Shown here: one piece after another, positions 21,860 to 33,184 of the stretch | Layout of the letters: every line of letters begins with the position of its first letter | Numbering within the stretch: the stretch's first letter is position 1 | Source: Macrostomum lignano | Lineage: Eukaryota | Direction: 5' to 3' | Length of the DNA stretch: 64,000 nt | Assembly: GCA_002269645.1 (NCBI GenBank) | Contig: NIVC01002746.1 | Span: forward strand, 62,001 to 126,000 | Notes under the pieces: model-generated | Databases searched by the model: none | Told to the model about the DNA's origin: nothing | Seen by the model: only the letters and a program-made list of their open reading frames with translations | Made by a program: the position numbers and the translations under genes

Positions 21860-23799
21860 CCTGCGGCGCCAAAATGTGCCTGCGGCGCCAAATTGAGTGC
21901 CTGCGGCGCCAAAATGAGTGCCTGTGGCGCTAAAATGCGTGCCTGCAGCGCTAAAATGAGTGCCTGCGGCGCCAGAATGAGTGCCTGCGGCGCCAAATTG
22001 AGTGCCTGCGGCGCTAAAATGAGTGCCTGCGGCGCTAAAATGAGTGCCTGCGGCGCTAAAATGAGTGCCTGCGGCGCTAAAATGAGTGCCTGAGGCGCTA
22101 AAAGTGGCAATGACATAAGGCATGGCCAGCCAGGCCAATCCGCCCCCCCCACCTAATTGAAATTCCTGGCATTTTGACTTAATACTTGACAGTTATAGTT
22201 ACTTCTGCCGTTTACCCAAAGTTGCGTTAATTTTGCTTTAGGGTTTTTTACATGTAAGTCGCATTTTTGTTAAAACTAAGTCGCATTTTTGTTAAAACTA
22301 AGTCGCATTTTTGTTAAAACTAAGTCGCACGGCCGACCGAATTTTGGAGGTTGCGCATGTATGGACAAGAGTGAGACAAGAGTGATATTGTATGCTTGAT
22401 AATACAATATCAAGCATCCCGACTGCAGAAGAATACACCATTATTTATTATGCTCTCAATAAATCGTTTTTTCAACCTATGGTTGAAATATAGGTTTCTT
22501 AGAAATGAACTGAAGACCGGTATGAACGAATGCGTAAATCACGAGGGCTGAAGGCCCGACGGATTTATAAAATAGCTGCCGAAAAAGGCATGCCTTATAT
22601 AGTCAAAAAGATTTTACGGGACATTATTGAATATTGGCAAATAAAATCCCGGAGAACACAAATAATGCCCGGAAAATGTTTTTATCTATGTTTTATGCAA
22701 ATTCGTTGATACCGGTCTTCAGTTCATTTCTAACAAATCGAGCGTAGCGTTCTACTGCAGTTGTAAATGGCTGTTGAAAGCTAGGACGGCAAACTCCGGT
22801 CCGTGGAAGCCTCTCTATCCGGCCCTCGGCTTTTTTGAAACTTCACACTATATAGCAATCTGGCCCGCTCATTAGGTTGTGCCTCTTCTCAGCTGTCTTT
22901 CTCTTCTCTACTCTCCTCTATTCCTGGCTCTCTTCTTCTCTCCCTTTCTCTCCCCCTCTTCTCTGCCCTTTTCTCTCCTCATATCTCTTCTCTCATCCAA
23001 TCTCTCGCTTCTCCTCTTTTCTCTCCTTTCCTCTCTCTCGATTCTTTATCTGGCCTGCACCTTAAGGTAGAAAAGTTTCAGACTGCTGGTTTACACTCTC
23101 ACCAATTATCAAACTTAGCGATGGCGCCTCTAGGATGGTGATAGATAGCGATAGCGGCCCTATTCCATCACTTTATTTATCGACTCTAATGACAGTTGCT
23201 ACTATCAATTTTTATTTTGTTTTGTTGTTCCTTTTTGTGGGAAACGTTAACAATTGGGTTATTTATGAAAAATTCAAGGCAATATTAATTTCAAACACGT
23301 ATTAATAAATTATTAATCTGAATAACGCATATTAAAAGAACTTTTTCAAACATTGTGATCTTAAGGAATATAGATAAAGAATCCAGCTCATGGCTGCGGG
23401 CCAGATGAGAGAGAGAGGGGGGGGGGAAAGGAGAGGCGAGAGATGGGATGAGAGAAGAGATTTAAGAGAAAAGATGAGAGAAAAGGGGAGAAGAGAGAGG
23501 GGAGAGGATCTGAGGGCCGCAGTTCGCCAACACCTGTAGAGGAAACAGTCTACTAAATATGTAGTCCCATGCACCAGTGTTTACTAAATGCTCAAATTTT
23601 ATATTGGCGCAGAAATGAAGTCGCACTTGTGTAAAAAGAATCTAGCAGAGCACACAATTGAGGAACAAATATACTCAATGTTTTATTTGTTAAAATCCTT
23701 CAATGCCTGTTGCCTAACTAATTTGAAGTACTATAAGTGTCGAATTTCATTTCAGTTTCAATTGTTTTTCGAAACCTCTGTTTGCTATCATTGTCACAA

Positions 23800-24984
23800 T
23801 CAGTAGCAGAGCTGCTGGAGCAGCCGAAACTCAGACTCGTTGAGCATCTCACTGCTCAGGGCAAAGCAACTCATTGTGCCGCTCAGACATCTGTCACTTG
23901 TGGGCCCGAATCCGAGTCGCAGGCAGTGAAAGGACGCCGCTGAAGAGTTCCAAGAACTTCTACTAAACGAAGACGTCGCAACCAGCGTGCCGTTCTGATA
24001 CATGCGCTTCTGCTCCAGCCCGTTGAAGGTGACTCCAGCCGACAGGAGACGCACCGAGCCGTCAGTCGGTAGAAAAAAAGACGAAAATCCGAAAATTCTC
24101 TCACCGACACTCCCGCCGCCGCTGGACAGCCAGGCGAAACCGTAGAAATAATCTGCTTTCTTGATCAGAGAGCTGCCGATGTTGGTTCCTGAGCACTCTT
24201 GGAATCGGCTGTAGTACTGATACCTGCTTGTGCAGCGGTAGAGGCGCGGCTAGAAGGTGAGCAGCGGTTTCAAAGCATCACAGACAGTTTCAACTCACTC
24301 GTCTTTAGTCATGGCGTGCCGAACCTGCGCAAAAGTCGAGTAGGTGGAACCGACTCCCAGAAGCTTCTCAAAACCGGGAGTCTCAGTGCTCAAGTAGGAG
24401 CTCGTGTTGCCCTTGAAGTGAGCACCAACTGCATCAATTGTCACATCGTGAGCCCTGAGACAGGACAGTCTCGTGTTGACCTCATTCTTCAGACCGCTCC
24501 GAGAGAACTTGTAGAACAGCTTCAGCTTGAGCGGTTTGACCAGGGGCTCAGAAGACTCTGCAGTGGAACAGATCAATTTAAATCAATTTAAACAAAGCAA
24601 ATGACTTCATTGGAGCGATACAGAATTGTCAAGACAGCTGCAGCCACTGAGCCGCTCACCGCAGTCTCCGCACAGCACATCGGTGTACTTGTAAGAGTCG
24701 CAGTCGCCGTCAGTCCATTGCTCGAGTTGAGAACACGCGTCTCCATGGTAACACAGGCGGGTGGTAATGTCGAAGTGGAATGCGTTGCAGGTGGGCAGTC
24801 GGGAGCAGGCGGCGGCGCACTGCAGCTTGCTGGCCAGGCGGTGCGGCAGCGGAGAGGCGGCCGCGGTGGGGCAGCGTCGGGTCTTTGTTGCTGCGAAGTT
24901 TGGCAGCACCTTGGCGCTTGAAGTCGCCGCCAGGCAGCTGAGCAGCAGGAGGCAGGGCAGAGTCGACAGTCGAATCTTTTTCAT
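23800..24984 (-). CDS. Chimeric PAN/LamG-like gene: type-B leader/exon 1 with type-A exon 2 end and exon 3 (exons 24984-24660, 24557-24299, 24223-23800; 335 aa)
   Basis: Starts MKKIRLSTLPC (B type) but ends ...SEFRLLQQLCY (A type). The spliced CDS of 1008 nt is open. Confidence 0.8.
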
Positions 24985-25885
24985 TTCCTGTATTAGCAGA
25001 CACTTTTCAAATCAAATTAACTGCTCAAAAATTAAGAACGGTTCAGAAGACATCCCATTCTACATTTATAAATGTAGGATTTGTTAGCTGTGTTAAATTT
25101 TCCTTGCTGAGTGCCTTTCAAGCACCTACATATATTTGTCCAGTGTTTAAAACACGCACAGTTCTCACGCCTCACACAATGGCCACAATTCCCGGATGGA
25201 ATGTTTACAGAATCCCTTTGAATAGGTACGCGCAAACTCAGTATCCAGAGTTCTAATTGTGAAATCGAAATTTCAAATACTGGAGCAGTGACCATGGTGC
25301 ATATTCGAATAAATGTCACATTTTTTGCATAACAAAATTAAACTCGGGTTTACTACCGACTTCGAACTTTTCTGAATGTATTGGAACATCCTAAAACCTA
25401 TTGGGAACTTGATAAAAATTGACTGACGGTGCCGAATCGGAGACAGGCGTGGGCTGTTTTACCCAATATCATGCATCCCGACTGCAGAGGAATGTACAAC
25501 TCTTACTTGTTCCGATTTCCACCTTGCCTGATGCAAGCAAAACTGCGCGTCCCGCCTTCAGAATTGTCGGATTTGCGTTTGATTCGGGTCGCTTCAATTC
25601 CAGTTAGCTTTTTAAAAATACATGCAAGGATACAGTCGCTGTTCAAACAAAAAATGCTTCATATTGTTTGACATTCTGCATGCTGCTGTCAGGCCTGACA
25701 TCCATGCTTTTGATAAAAGCATCGATACTTGCTGAGTACAAAACAAAGAGAAACTCAACTTTTCTGAATTTGCAACCAGCTAGAAGGCAGAGGTGATCAA
25801 ATAAGCCAGCACGAGTCAGATTTTCCTATAAAGGTAAAATAGAGAGCAACTGAGTGAATCAGCAGGCATCGATCGAAACCAAGCC

Positions 25886-27082
25886 ATGATGAAACGGAGT
25901 AAACTCCAAGCTAGGATGAATTACTTTTTAGCTCTGCTTCTTTCACTGGTCTCTTTCAGACTTGCTGCTGCTGCTGCTGAGCTGTCATTCGAGAAGACCC
26001 GACGCTGCCCCACCGCGGCCGCCTCTCCGCTGCCGCACCGCCTGGCCAGCAAGCTGCAGTGCGCCGCCGCCTGCTCCCGACTGCCCACCTGCAACGCATT
26101 CCACTTCGACATCGCCACCCGCCTGTGTTACCATGGAGACGCGTGTTCCCAACTCGAGCAATGGACTGACGGCGACTGCGCGACTCTTACAAGTACACCG
26201 ATGTGCTGTGCGGAGACTGCGGTGAGCGGCTCAGCGGCTGCTGTCTTGACAGCTCTGCGTCTCTCCAATGAAATCATTTACTTTGTTTAAACTGATTATA
26301 AATTTATCACTGCAGAGTCTTCTGAGCCCTTGGTGAAACAGCTCAAGCTGAAGCTGTTCTACAAGTTCTCTCGGAGCGGTCTGAAGAATGAGGTCAACCC
26401 GAGAATGTCCTGTCTCAAGGCTCACGATGTAACAGTTGATGCAGCTGGTGCTCACTTCAAGGGCAACACGGGCTCCTATCTGAGCACTGAGACTCCCGGT
26501 TTTGAGAAGTTTCTGGGAGTCGGTTCCACCTACTCGACTTTTGCTCAGGTTCGGCACGTTTTTACTAGCGGGTGAGTCGTTTTCGCTAGACTTGAGCAGA
26601 TAGATTAGCTCGTACATGCATTTCGTAGTGCTTGACCATGAGAATGCTATCACTGCAGGAGACAGTACTACAGCAGGTTCCAGGCGTGCTCGGGCAGTGG
26701 CATTGGTTGCTCGCTCATCAAGAATGATGATTACTTTTACGGCTATGCCTGGCTGTCCGCTGACGGTACTGTTGGTGAGAAGATATACGGCTATTCGAGC
26801 TATTTTCTGCCGGTTGACGGAGCTGAGCACCTGTTCTCTGCTGGGGTTACCTTCGACCGGAACGGACACCAGCGCGTGTACCAAAACGGATCGCTGGTCG
26901 GAGTTTCACGAACTTCAAATGCCCCTCTTGATCGATCAAACGTGGTGTTTCAGTGCCTGCGACTCGGCTCGTCATCAAGCGATGCAACCTGTCTAAAAGG
27001 TAGCATGCTGTGCTTTGCGCTGAGCACGAAACTTCTCAATAAAACAGAGTTTCTGCGGCTGCAACAGGTGTGCAACGAGTAG
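25886..27082 (+). pseudogene. PAN/LamG-like gene with type-A leader and a third (type C) exon 3; +2 frameshift near 26180 (exons 25886-26221, 26316-26571, 26659-27082)
   Basis: GACTGCGCGACTC here versus GACTGCGACTC in the paralogs. Splice sites and exons 2 and 3 are otherwise intact. Could be a sequencing error. Confidence 0.7.
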
Positions 27083-27461
27083 TTATTCGGTCAATCAGAC
27101 CTAAACAACATCAACACACGCACTCACAGTGTATAAATTGAATTAAACATTGAAGTCAAAGATTTTAATTGCTTTATCAGTTAATAAAGACAAAAGCTTG
27201 CGGACGCATATTATTTGATATTTGCCGTAACAAATTATAAATTCACCGTATAGTAATATATAGAACATGTAGAAGCTTATAAATGGATATAAAACCTAGA
27301 AATAGTACAGACGACAAAAAATACTTGTAAATGCGCGAAAGTGATAAATTCAATAAAATTATGAATTTTAGTGAAGACTTTGTGAAATGCTGTAAAATAC
27401 AGCTACTAATAGTAGTTTAAAACCCGATAGGTAAATAAGGAAACAAATGATTAATATGAAG

Positions 27462-28630
27462 TCAGTGGTTGCTACCCACGTGCTCCAGCACACCCTGCCG
27501 CACTAGCAGCTCCGTGTCGCTGTGCAGCAGGTAGTGATGGCTGCCCTTCTTTAAGTTCACCAGACAGCCGTCCTCGGTCTCCAGCTGGCCGTAGTCCTGA
27601 AGGCAGCGCACTTCAACGAATAGACTCTTTGGCGGCTGGCGGTTCACGGTGAGATCGAATCCTGTAGTCTGCGATTAATATCAGGGATAATTTAAGAAAT
27701 TTATGTATACGAAATCTTTGTAAAATCAGCGAGAGATACTGTAAAATTAGCGCAACAGAGGGTGCCAGCACCCAAGGGGCGCCAGCACCCAAGGGGCGCC
27801 AGCACCCAAGGGGCGCCAGCACCCAAGGGGCGCCAGCACCCAAGGGGCGCCAGCACCCAAGTAGTGCCAGCACCCAAGGGGCGCCAGCACCCAAGGGGCG
27901 CCAGCACCCAAGGGGCGCCAGCACCCAAGGGGCGCCAGCACCCAAGGGGCGCCAGCACCCAAGGGGCGCCAGCACCCAAGGGGCGCCAGCACCCAATGGG
28001 CGTCAACAGCAAGGGCGCCAGCCTCATAGGGGGCAGTGAACGCCATTAATTTTACCAGTCAATTGAGGACTTGGGACCCCCTTGACCTCCCCACTGGCTA
28101 CGCCATTGTGCAGGTTAAGCTGAGTTGGCCGCGGTTAGCACACAGAGCTAAACAAGCTGGATGCCCAATCTGCTGACCCCTGAGCAACCCCTGACAGTCC
28201 AACCGTGCACAACCTGCATGTAGTGGGCCAGCATCCGGTTGTAGCCGGAGAACCAGTTGATCTCCTCGTCGCGCGCATTTAGCTGCACATTGGCTGGCAG
28301 GATCGGGCCAAGCTCCCAGCGCATGCGGCGCAGCTGCACCAGTCTATGGTACAGATAGGCCAGCAGACAGCGCTTGTTCCGCTCCATCACCGCCTGACGC
28401 AGCTGGATGCTGTTGTGCGACCGGCCGGCCCTCAGCTCCTTCTCCTGCGCGGTCAGGGCGGCGTTGTTCGAATCGGCGAGGGCTTCGCCGATGGCTTCGC
28501 GATTCTGCTGGAACAGGGCGTCGATTTCGGCTAGCAGATGGCGGACTCGGTCCTCTTCGAAGGCCGGGAGGCCGGTGGACAGGCCGCGCTTCAGGTCGGC
28601 TATAAGACGCGTGCTCTGATTGGACAGCAT
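27462..28630 (-). CDS. GINS1: GINS complex subunit 1 (Psf1); exons 28630-28214 and 27668-27462; 207 aa
   Basis: Motifs LPAFEED, RNKRCLLAYLYHRL...RWELGPILP and FDLT...PPKSLFVEVRCLQDYG...RQGVLEH match Psf1. Phase-0 GT-AG intron. Confidence 0.95.
27760..28022. repeat. 17-bp minisatellite (GCCAGCACCCAAGGGGC) in the GINS1 intron
   Basis: About 14 tandem units. Confidence 0.95.
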
Positions 28631-28693
28631 GACTAGTAGTAGCCGGCTGGCAGGAAGGTGGGAAGGCGTAAATTGCTATTGGTTTTAAATATA

Positions 28694-31180
28694 TCAATAC
28701 ATATCGGCTAATCAAGTCTCTAACTTTTAGATACTTCGATAGATCTAGCTATTCGATACATATCTGCTACCACAGATTCAATTAAAACATTTCGATACAT
28801 ATCGGCTATAATAATTTTTTACACTAGTATTTCGATACATATCGGCAAAACAAGTTCAATATAGAAATTTCGATACATATCGGCTATCTGATAGTTATTA
28901 GATTTATAAATGCCATATTCTTTATAGTAGAAGCTTTATACCTAAAGGCTAGGCTATATTTTGATAGATTTTACCACAAATCATATCTAACCCAGAATTA
29001 ATATATGAACCAAACACAGGACCGGAAAAAATAATATTCAGTTTATTTAGCAAGAACAAACAGCTAAATTTAGGAGAGAGGGCTTTTAAAGTAAGCCAAG
29101 AAACAAATAGCAAAATATATGCTTGCAAATCAAATGCCAAGATTTGTTAAAGTAGAACAAAAAACGCTTACAAAAATATTGTAGAAAGCTGTTTAATAGG
29201 ACTATGAAAGTTTGAAAAATTATTATAACTTTTTCGATACATATCGGCTAGACGAAACGATGGTTGAATTAGTAGGCCTATGAGATACTGTTTTGTATCA
29301 ACGTATGACTGAGAGAAGGTATTTTTTAAGGCTTTCGATAAATATCGGTTTAATTTGCGTAAAGCTCTTAAGTACTACTGAATTAAGCAGTAGCAACAGA
29401 TAAATTTTAATTTAATATTGAATTAACTTTCAGGCTGTTTAATTTAATATTAACGCGAACGAATCGAGGTTCGAACCCCGGCAGAGCGGTTTAACAGCGG
29501 ACGCTCTAACCACTACGCCACAGGCCGCACTAAATATCCAACTGTCCAAGCGCGCTTACTAATTTACTGTGTCACCCTGGTCAAGCTTCTTCCTCGCCAT
29601 CATCGTCGCCGCAATCGTCGGCAGCAGCGTCGCTATCGCCGTAGGCCGCCTCCTCATCGCCGTCCTCACCAACGGCTTCATCTTCATCCGATGTCGACGA
29701 AACATCGTAGTCCTCCGGCCGGCGAATCTCGTCCATCTCTTCGCCCTGGATGTTCTTCAATTTGAGCTGGCCGGGCTCGAAGGCGGCGGCGCAGTCGTGT
29801 CGGGCCACCAGGGCGCGAACCCGGTAGATGAAAGTCTCCAGGGTGCGCCGGAGCGGCGGCACCAGCGCCGAAGTTGGCCCGTCGTTCCGATCTTTGCAGG
29901 TGTTGGCCACGGCCTGCAGCTGACGGGTGGACAGCTGGATCTGCTTGAGTAGGCGGACAGCCGGCTCGCTGCGACAGCGGAACTGACGGCCGAGAAGGGG
30001 CAGGCCGTGACGCATGAAGGCCTCGACTAGGGCCCGACCGTGGCGGAGAGCGATGGCCTGAGCGCATGTGAAAAAAGTTGGTAAGTTATGTAATTTTCAA
30101 TACATATCGGCTATTAAATTATTAAATAAAAAAACTCCAGTCTGGATTAGAATTGGATTTTATTTTTCGATACATATCGGCTTTACAGTTCAAACAATCT
30201 GTAGATAAAAATCCCACACAAAAATATTAATTTCAAAACCTCAACGGCAAGTAATTTAAACAGAGCTATAATTTTCCGTATTTTCGATACATATCGGCGA
30301 CTGTTAAATAATAAAAAACCTGTTAATGTCAATACATATCGTCTCAAAGTATATAAAAAAACAATGCTTAAAATATTTACGAAGTTGATTAGACAATGCT
30401 ATCAAGAGTTATCTGATATTATTAGCGTCGACTATTCATCATTTCGATACATATCGCCAAGAGTGCACGCACCTGCAGTCGCACGCACTCGGGCCAGGCT
30501 CGCACAACATCGAGCCCGACGTGCAGAGCAGCCAGGCTGTCTGGCCACCCGCGCATCAGCAGCTGCTGATCGGATTCGTCGCTAGCGACGCTATTGTTAC
30601 TACTAGCCTGCGGCAGTAGTATGCGGCAATTGGACTGGCAGTGCCTAGCCAAATCGCCTAACAGCTGGGCGAAAGCGTCTGGCACTCCCGGCCTGGTCAG
30701 GCTCGGACAGACGGCGTCGGGATCGTCGGCCGATTCGATTGAGGTGGAGACGCCGGCAGCCACAGGCTGGATGTGATTGGCTAGCAGGCGGCCAATCAGA
30801 GCGGGCCGTTTCGCGGGGCTAGTACAATTGGTGAAATGGTTGAAAAACGACTTACTACAGCTTTCGATACATATCGGCAAAGTTGTTAGTAGATACAAAA
30901 CACGAGAATAGTTAGGTTAAAATTTTGAATAAATTTAGCATTGAGTTTCAAAACAAACTTGCTGTCTAACTAACATTTAAATACATATCGGCTCTAGTTG
31001 GAGATTATTTATAGGATAATCTAAATTTCCTATCTATCGATACATATCGGCTCTAGTTGAACATAATTTATTAGGGCAATCAAAATTTCCTATCTATCGA
31101 TACATATCGGGAAACTTGAACAGACAGGGCATCGTGACAAAGCAATACTAAAATTCCTTATTTTTCGATACATATCGGCT
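28694..31180 (+). repeat. Dispersed direct repeat TTCGATACATATCGGCT, 17 copies with mostly unique AT-rich spacers
   Basis: Copies at about 28694, 28752, 28791, 28831, 28869, 29233, 29334, 30096, 30166, 30283, 30328, 30443, 30863, 30978, 31036, 31096 and 31164. All have the same orientation and none lies in a predicted coding exon. Confidence 0.88.
29455..29526 (-). pseudogene. tRNA-Asn(GTT)-like relic or tRNA-derived SINE head
   Basis: Minus strand reads GGCCTGTGGCGTAGTGGTTAGAGCGTCCGCTGTTAAACCGCTCTGCCGGGGTTCGAACC, with an A box, a CTGTTAA loop and a B box. Acceptor and anticodon stems do not pair properly. Confidence 0.6.
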
Positions 31181-33121
31181 AACACGTTAACAAAAGCGAT
31201 TGCCTCACCTGGCCGCCTCGACAAGCAGCCGGTAAACCCTGGCCAGCTGGTCCCGCTTCTTAATATCCCATCGCCGAACGAGAACTTCGCCACTCCACAC
31301 CAGCATGTCGTCATTCGGAGCGCCCAGAATGCACCGACACAGAGTCAGGGCGTCCAATGCCGTCTCTAAAGTCGGACAGGCGGACGGAATCAAACGGCCA
31401 ACACAGGCTGCCGCTTGCTTAGCAACCGTTGCTAGGTCGGCGTTGGGCTCTAAATCAGGCTTAGCCAACGGTATCAAAGTCGCCAACAATAGTCCCGATT
31501 TATCGTTCGACATTCGACTAACAGTCAGGCTGAGTATGCTCACAATTAGCTGGACTATTCGACCGCTACAGCTGCTGTCAAGGACGCTCTTGGAAGCTGG
31601 ATGATCAGCTTCATCTTCAGAGATTGCGTCGCTGTTGCGACTCTCGTTGTTTCGATTATTCGATGGCGCCGGGGGCCTTGACGACGAAGGATCAGCGGCC
31701 TTGAGCAGCAGGCCGACCAGCCTGGCACTGAGCTGGCTGACAGTGGCCAGAAATTCATTAACGGCATCAGGATCTGCGGGCGCTGAGGAACAACTTCTAC
31801 CGAATCGTCCTCGGTTGCCAGAGTGACTGCCGAGTAGACCGACGGCCCGACGATGCAGATCTTCAAGTAGGTGCAGAATTAGAGGCTCGCCCATCTGTTA
31901 ATTTTACATGCGTTCAAAAGAGAGACCGATGTAACAAATTGATGTTTAATAACACTAGTCTTCTGTATATTCCTACACAAAGTACACAAAGTACTCTTTG
32001 AACTAAAAATACATCTTGAACACTACAATAGTACGTCTTGTACTACAATAGTTCATCTTGAACTACAATAGTAGATTTGAGCTACAATAGTACATATTGA
32101 ACTACAATAGTACATATTGAACTACAATAGTAAATATTGAACTACAATAGTACATATTGAACTACAATAGTAAATATTGAACTACAATAGTACATCTTGA
32201 ACTACAATAGTACTCGTACATATTGAACTACAGTAGTAGATTTGAGCTACAATAGTACATTTGAACTACAATAGTACACCTTGAACTACAATAGTACATC
32301 TTGAAATACAATAGTACGTCTTGAACTACAATAGTACATCTTGAACTACAATAGTACATCTTGAACTACAATAGTACATCTTGAACTACAATAGTACATC
32401 TTGAACTACAATAGTACTCCTCTCACTTGCGCCCACCTGCTCATCTGTCCACTTGGCCATCAGCAGAAAGACGCTGTCAGTCAGCAGTCGATAGCAGGGG
32501 CCCAGCTGCTCAGCGCTGACCAGTTTGTTAACAGCGACCCCAGCGCCGGACTGCCGCTTCATCTGATTCTGCCCATCTTTGGCAACCGTCGCCAGATCTT
32601 CAACCACGGACGATACAACGGCGGCCGCCGCCGCAGCCACCGAATCGTTGGCGTCGAAATGGCCGAAGCCCAAGCCGACGCTGTCGTTGTCTTCAAGCTG
32701 CTCTTCCTCGTCGTCGTCATCGCCGTCATCAGTGGCTCGCCGTCCTCGTCGGCGCTTCTTCGCCGGTCGGCTGTTGCTCTTTTTCGGTTTTGAAGGCTGC
32801 TGAGTGTTCTGCCAGCGCAGGGTGACGTGTGTGACGGCGGTGCCGTCAAGTTGGGCCAGAGGCAGCGGCTGCTCCCAGCGAGTGCTGCGGATTCCGCCTC
32901 CGCTCACGCCCGCCTCGCTACTGTTAGCAGCATCTGCGGCGGCTGCTGCGGCGGCTGAAGAGTTTGGACGACAGATCGACAGTTCGAATTCGGCTCGAAG
33001 TTCGACACTGCGACGAAGACGATCGAGTACGGCGGGTTCGAATTCTGGCGAGCTGGCGAACGAGTTGGCGACCTTTGGGGGAGGGGAGGAGTGAAATGAG
33101 TGAGTGAGTGAGTGAGTGAAT

Positions 33122-33184
<63 letters not shown>

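Larger units (their letters stand above)
1..24400. repeat. Tandem segmental duplication, unit about 10.5 kb (retrotransposon + PAN/LamG gene pair), at least 2.3 copies; left edge lies outside the window
   Basis: Identical ORFs recur at offsets of 10494-10496 (131/10625/21121; 7035/17531; 2834/13329/23800). The only differences I saw between the first two units are homopolymer lengths (G10 vs G11 near 2451/12945; C5 vs C6 near 6924/17419). The third copy loses one 22-bp repeat and 2 single bases and diverges increasingly from about 24.2-24.5 kb. Confidence 0.95.

Noticed and set aside
29455-29526. Functional tRNA-Asn gene
   Set aside because: The acceptor and anticodon stems do not base-pair.
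28694-31180. CRISPR array call for the 17-bp repeat
   Set aside because: The context is eukaryotic, there are no cas genes, the repeat is too short and spacer lengths are highly irregular. Kept as a finding instead.
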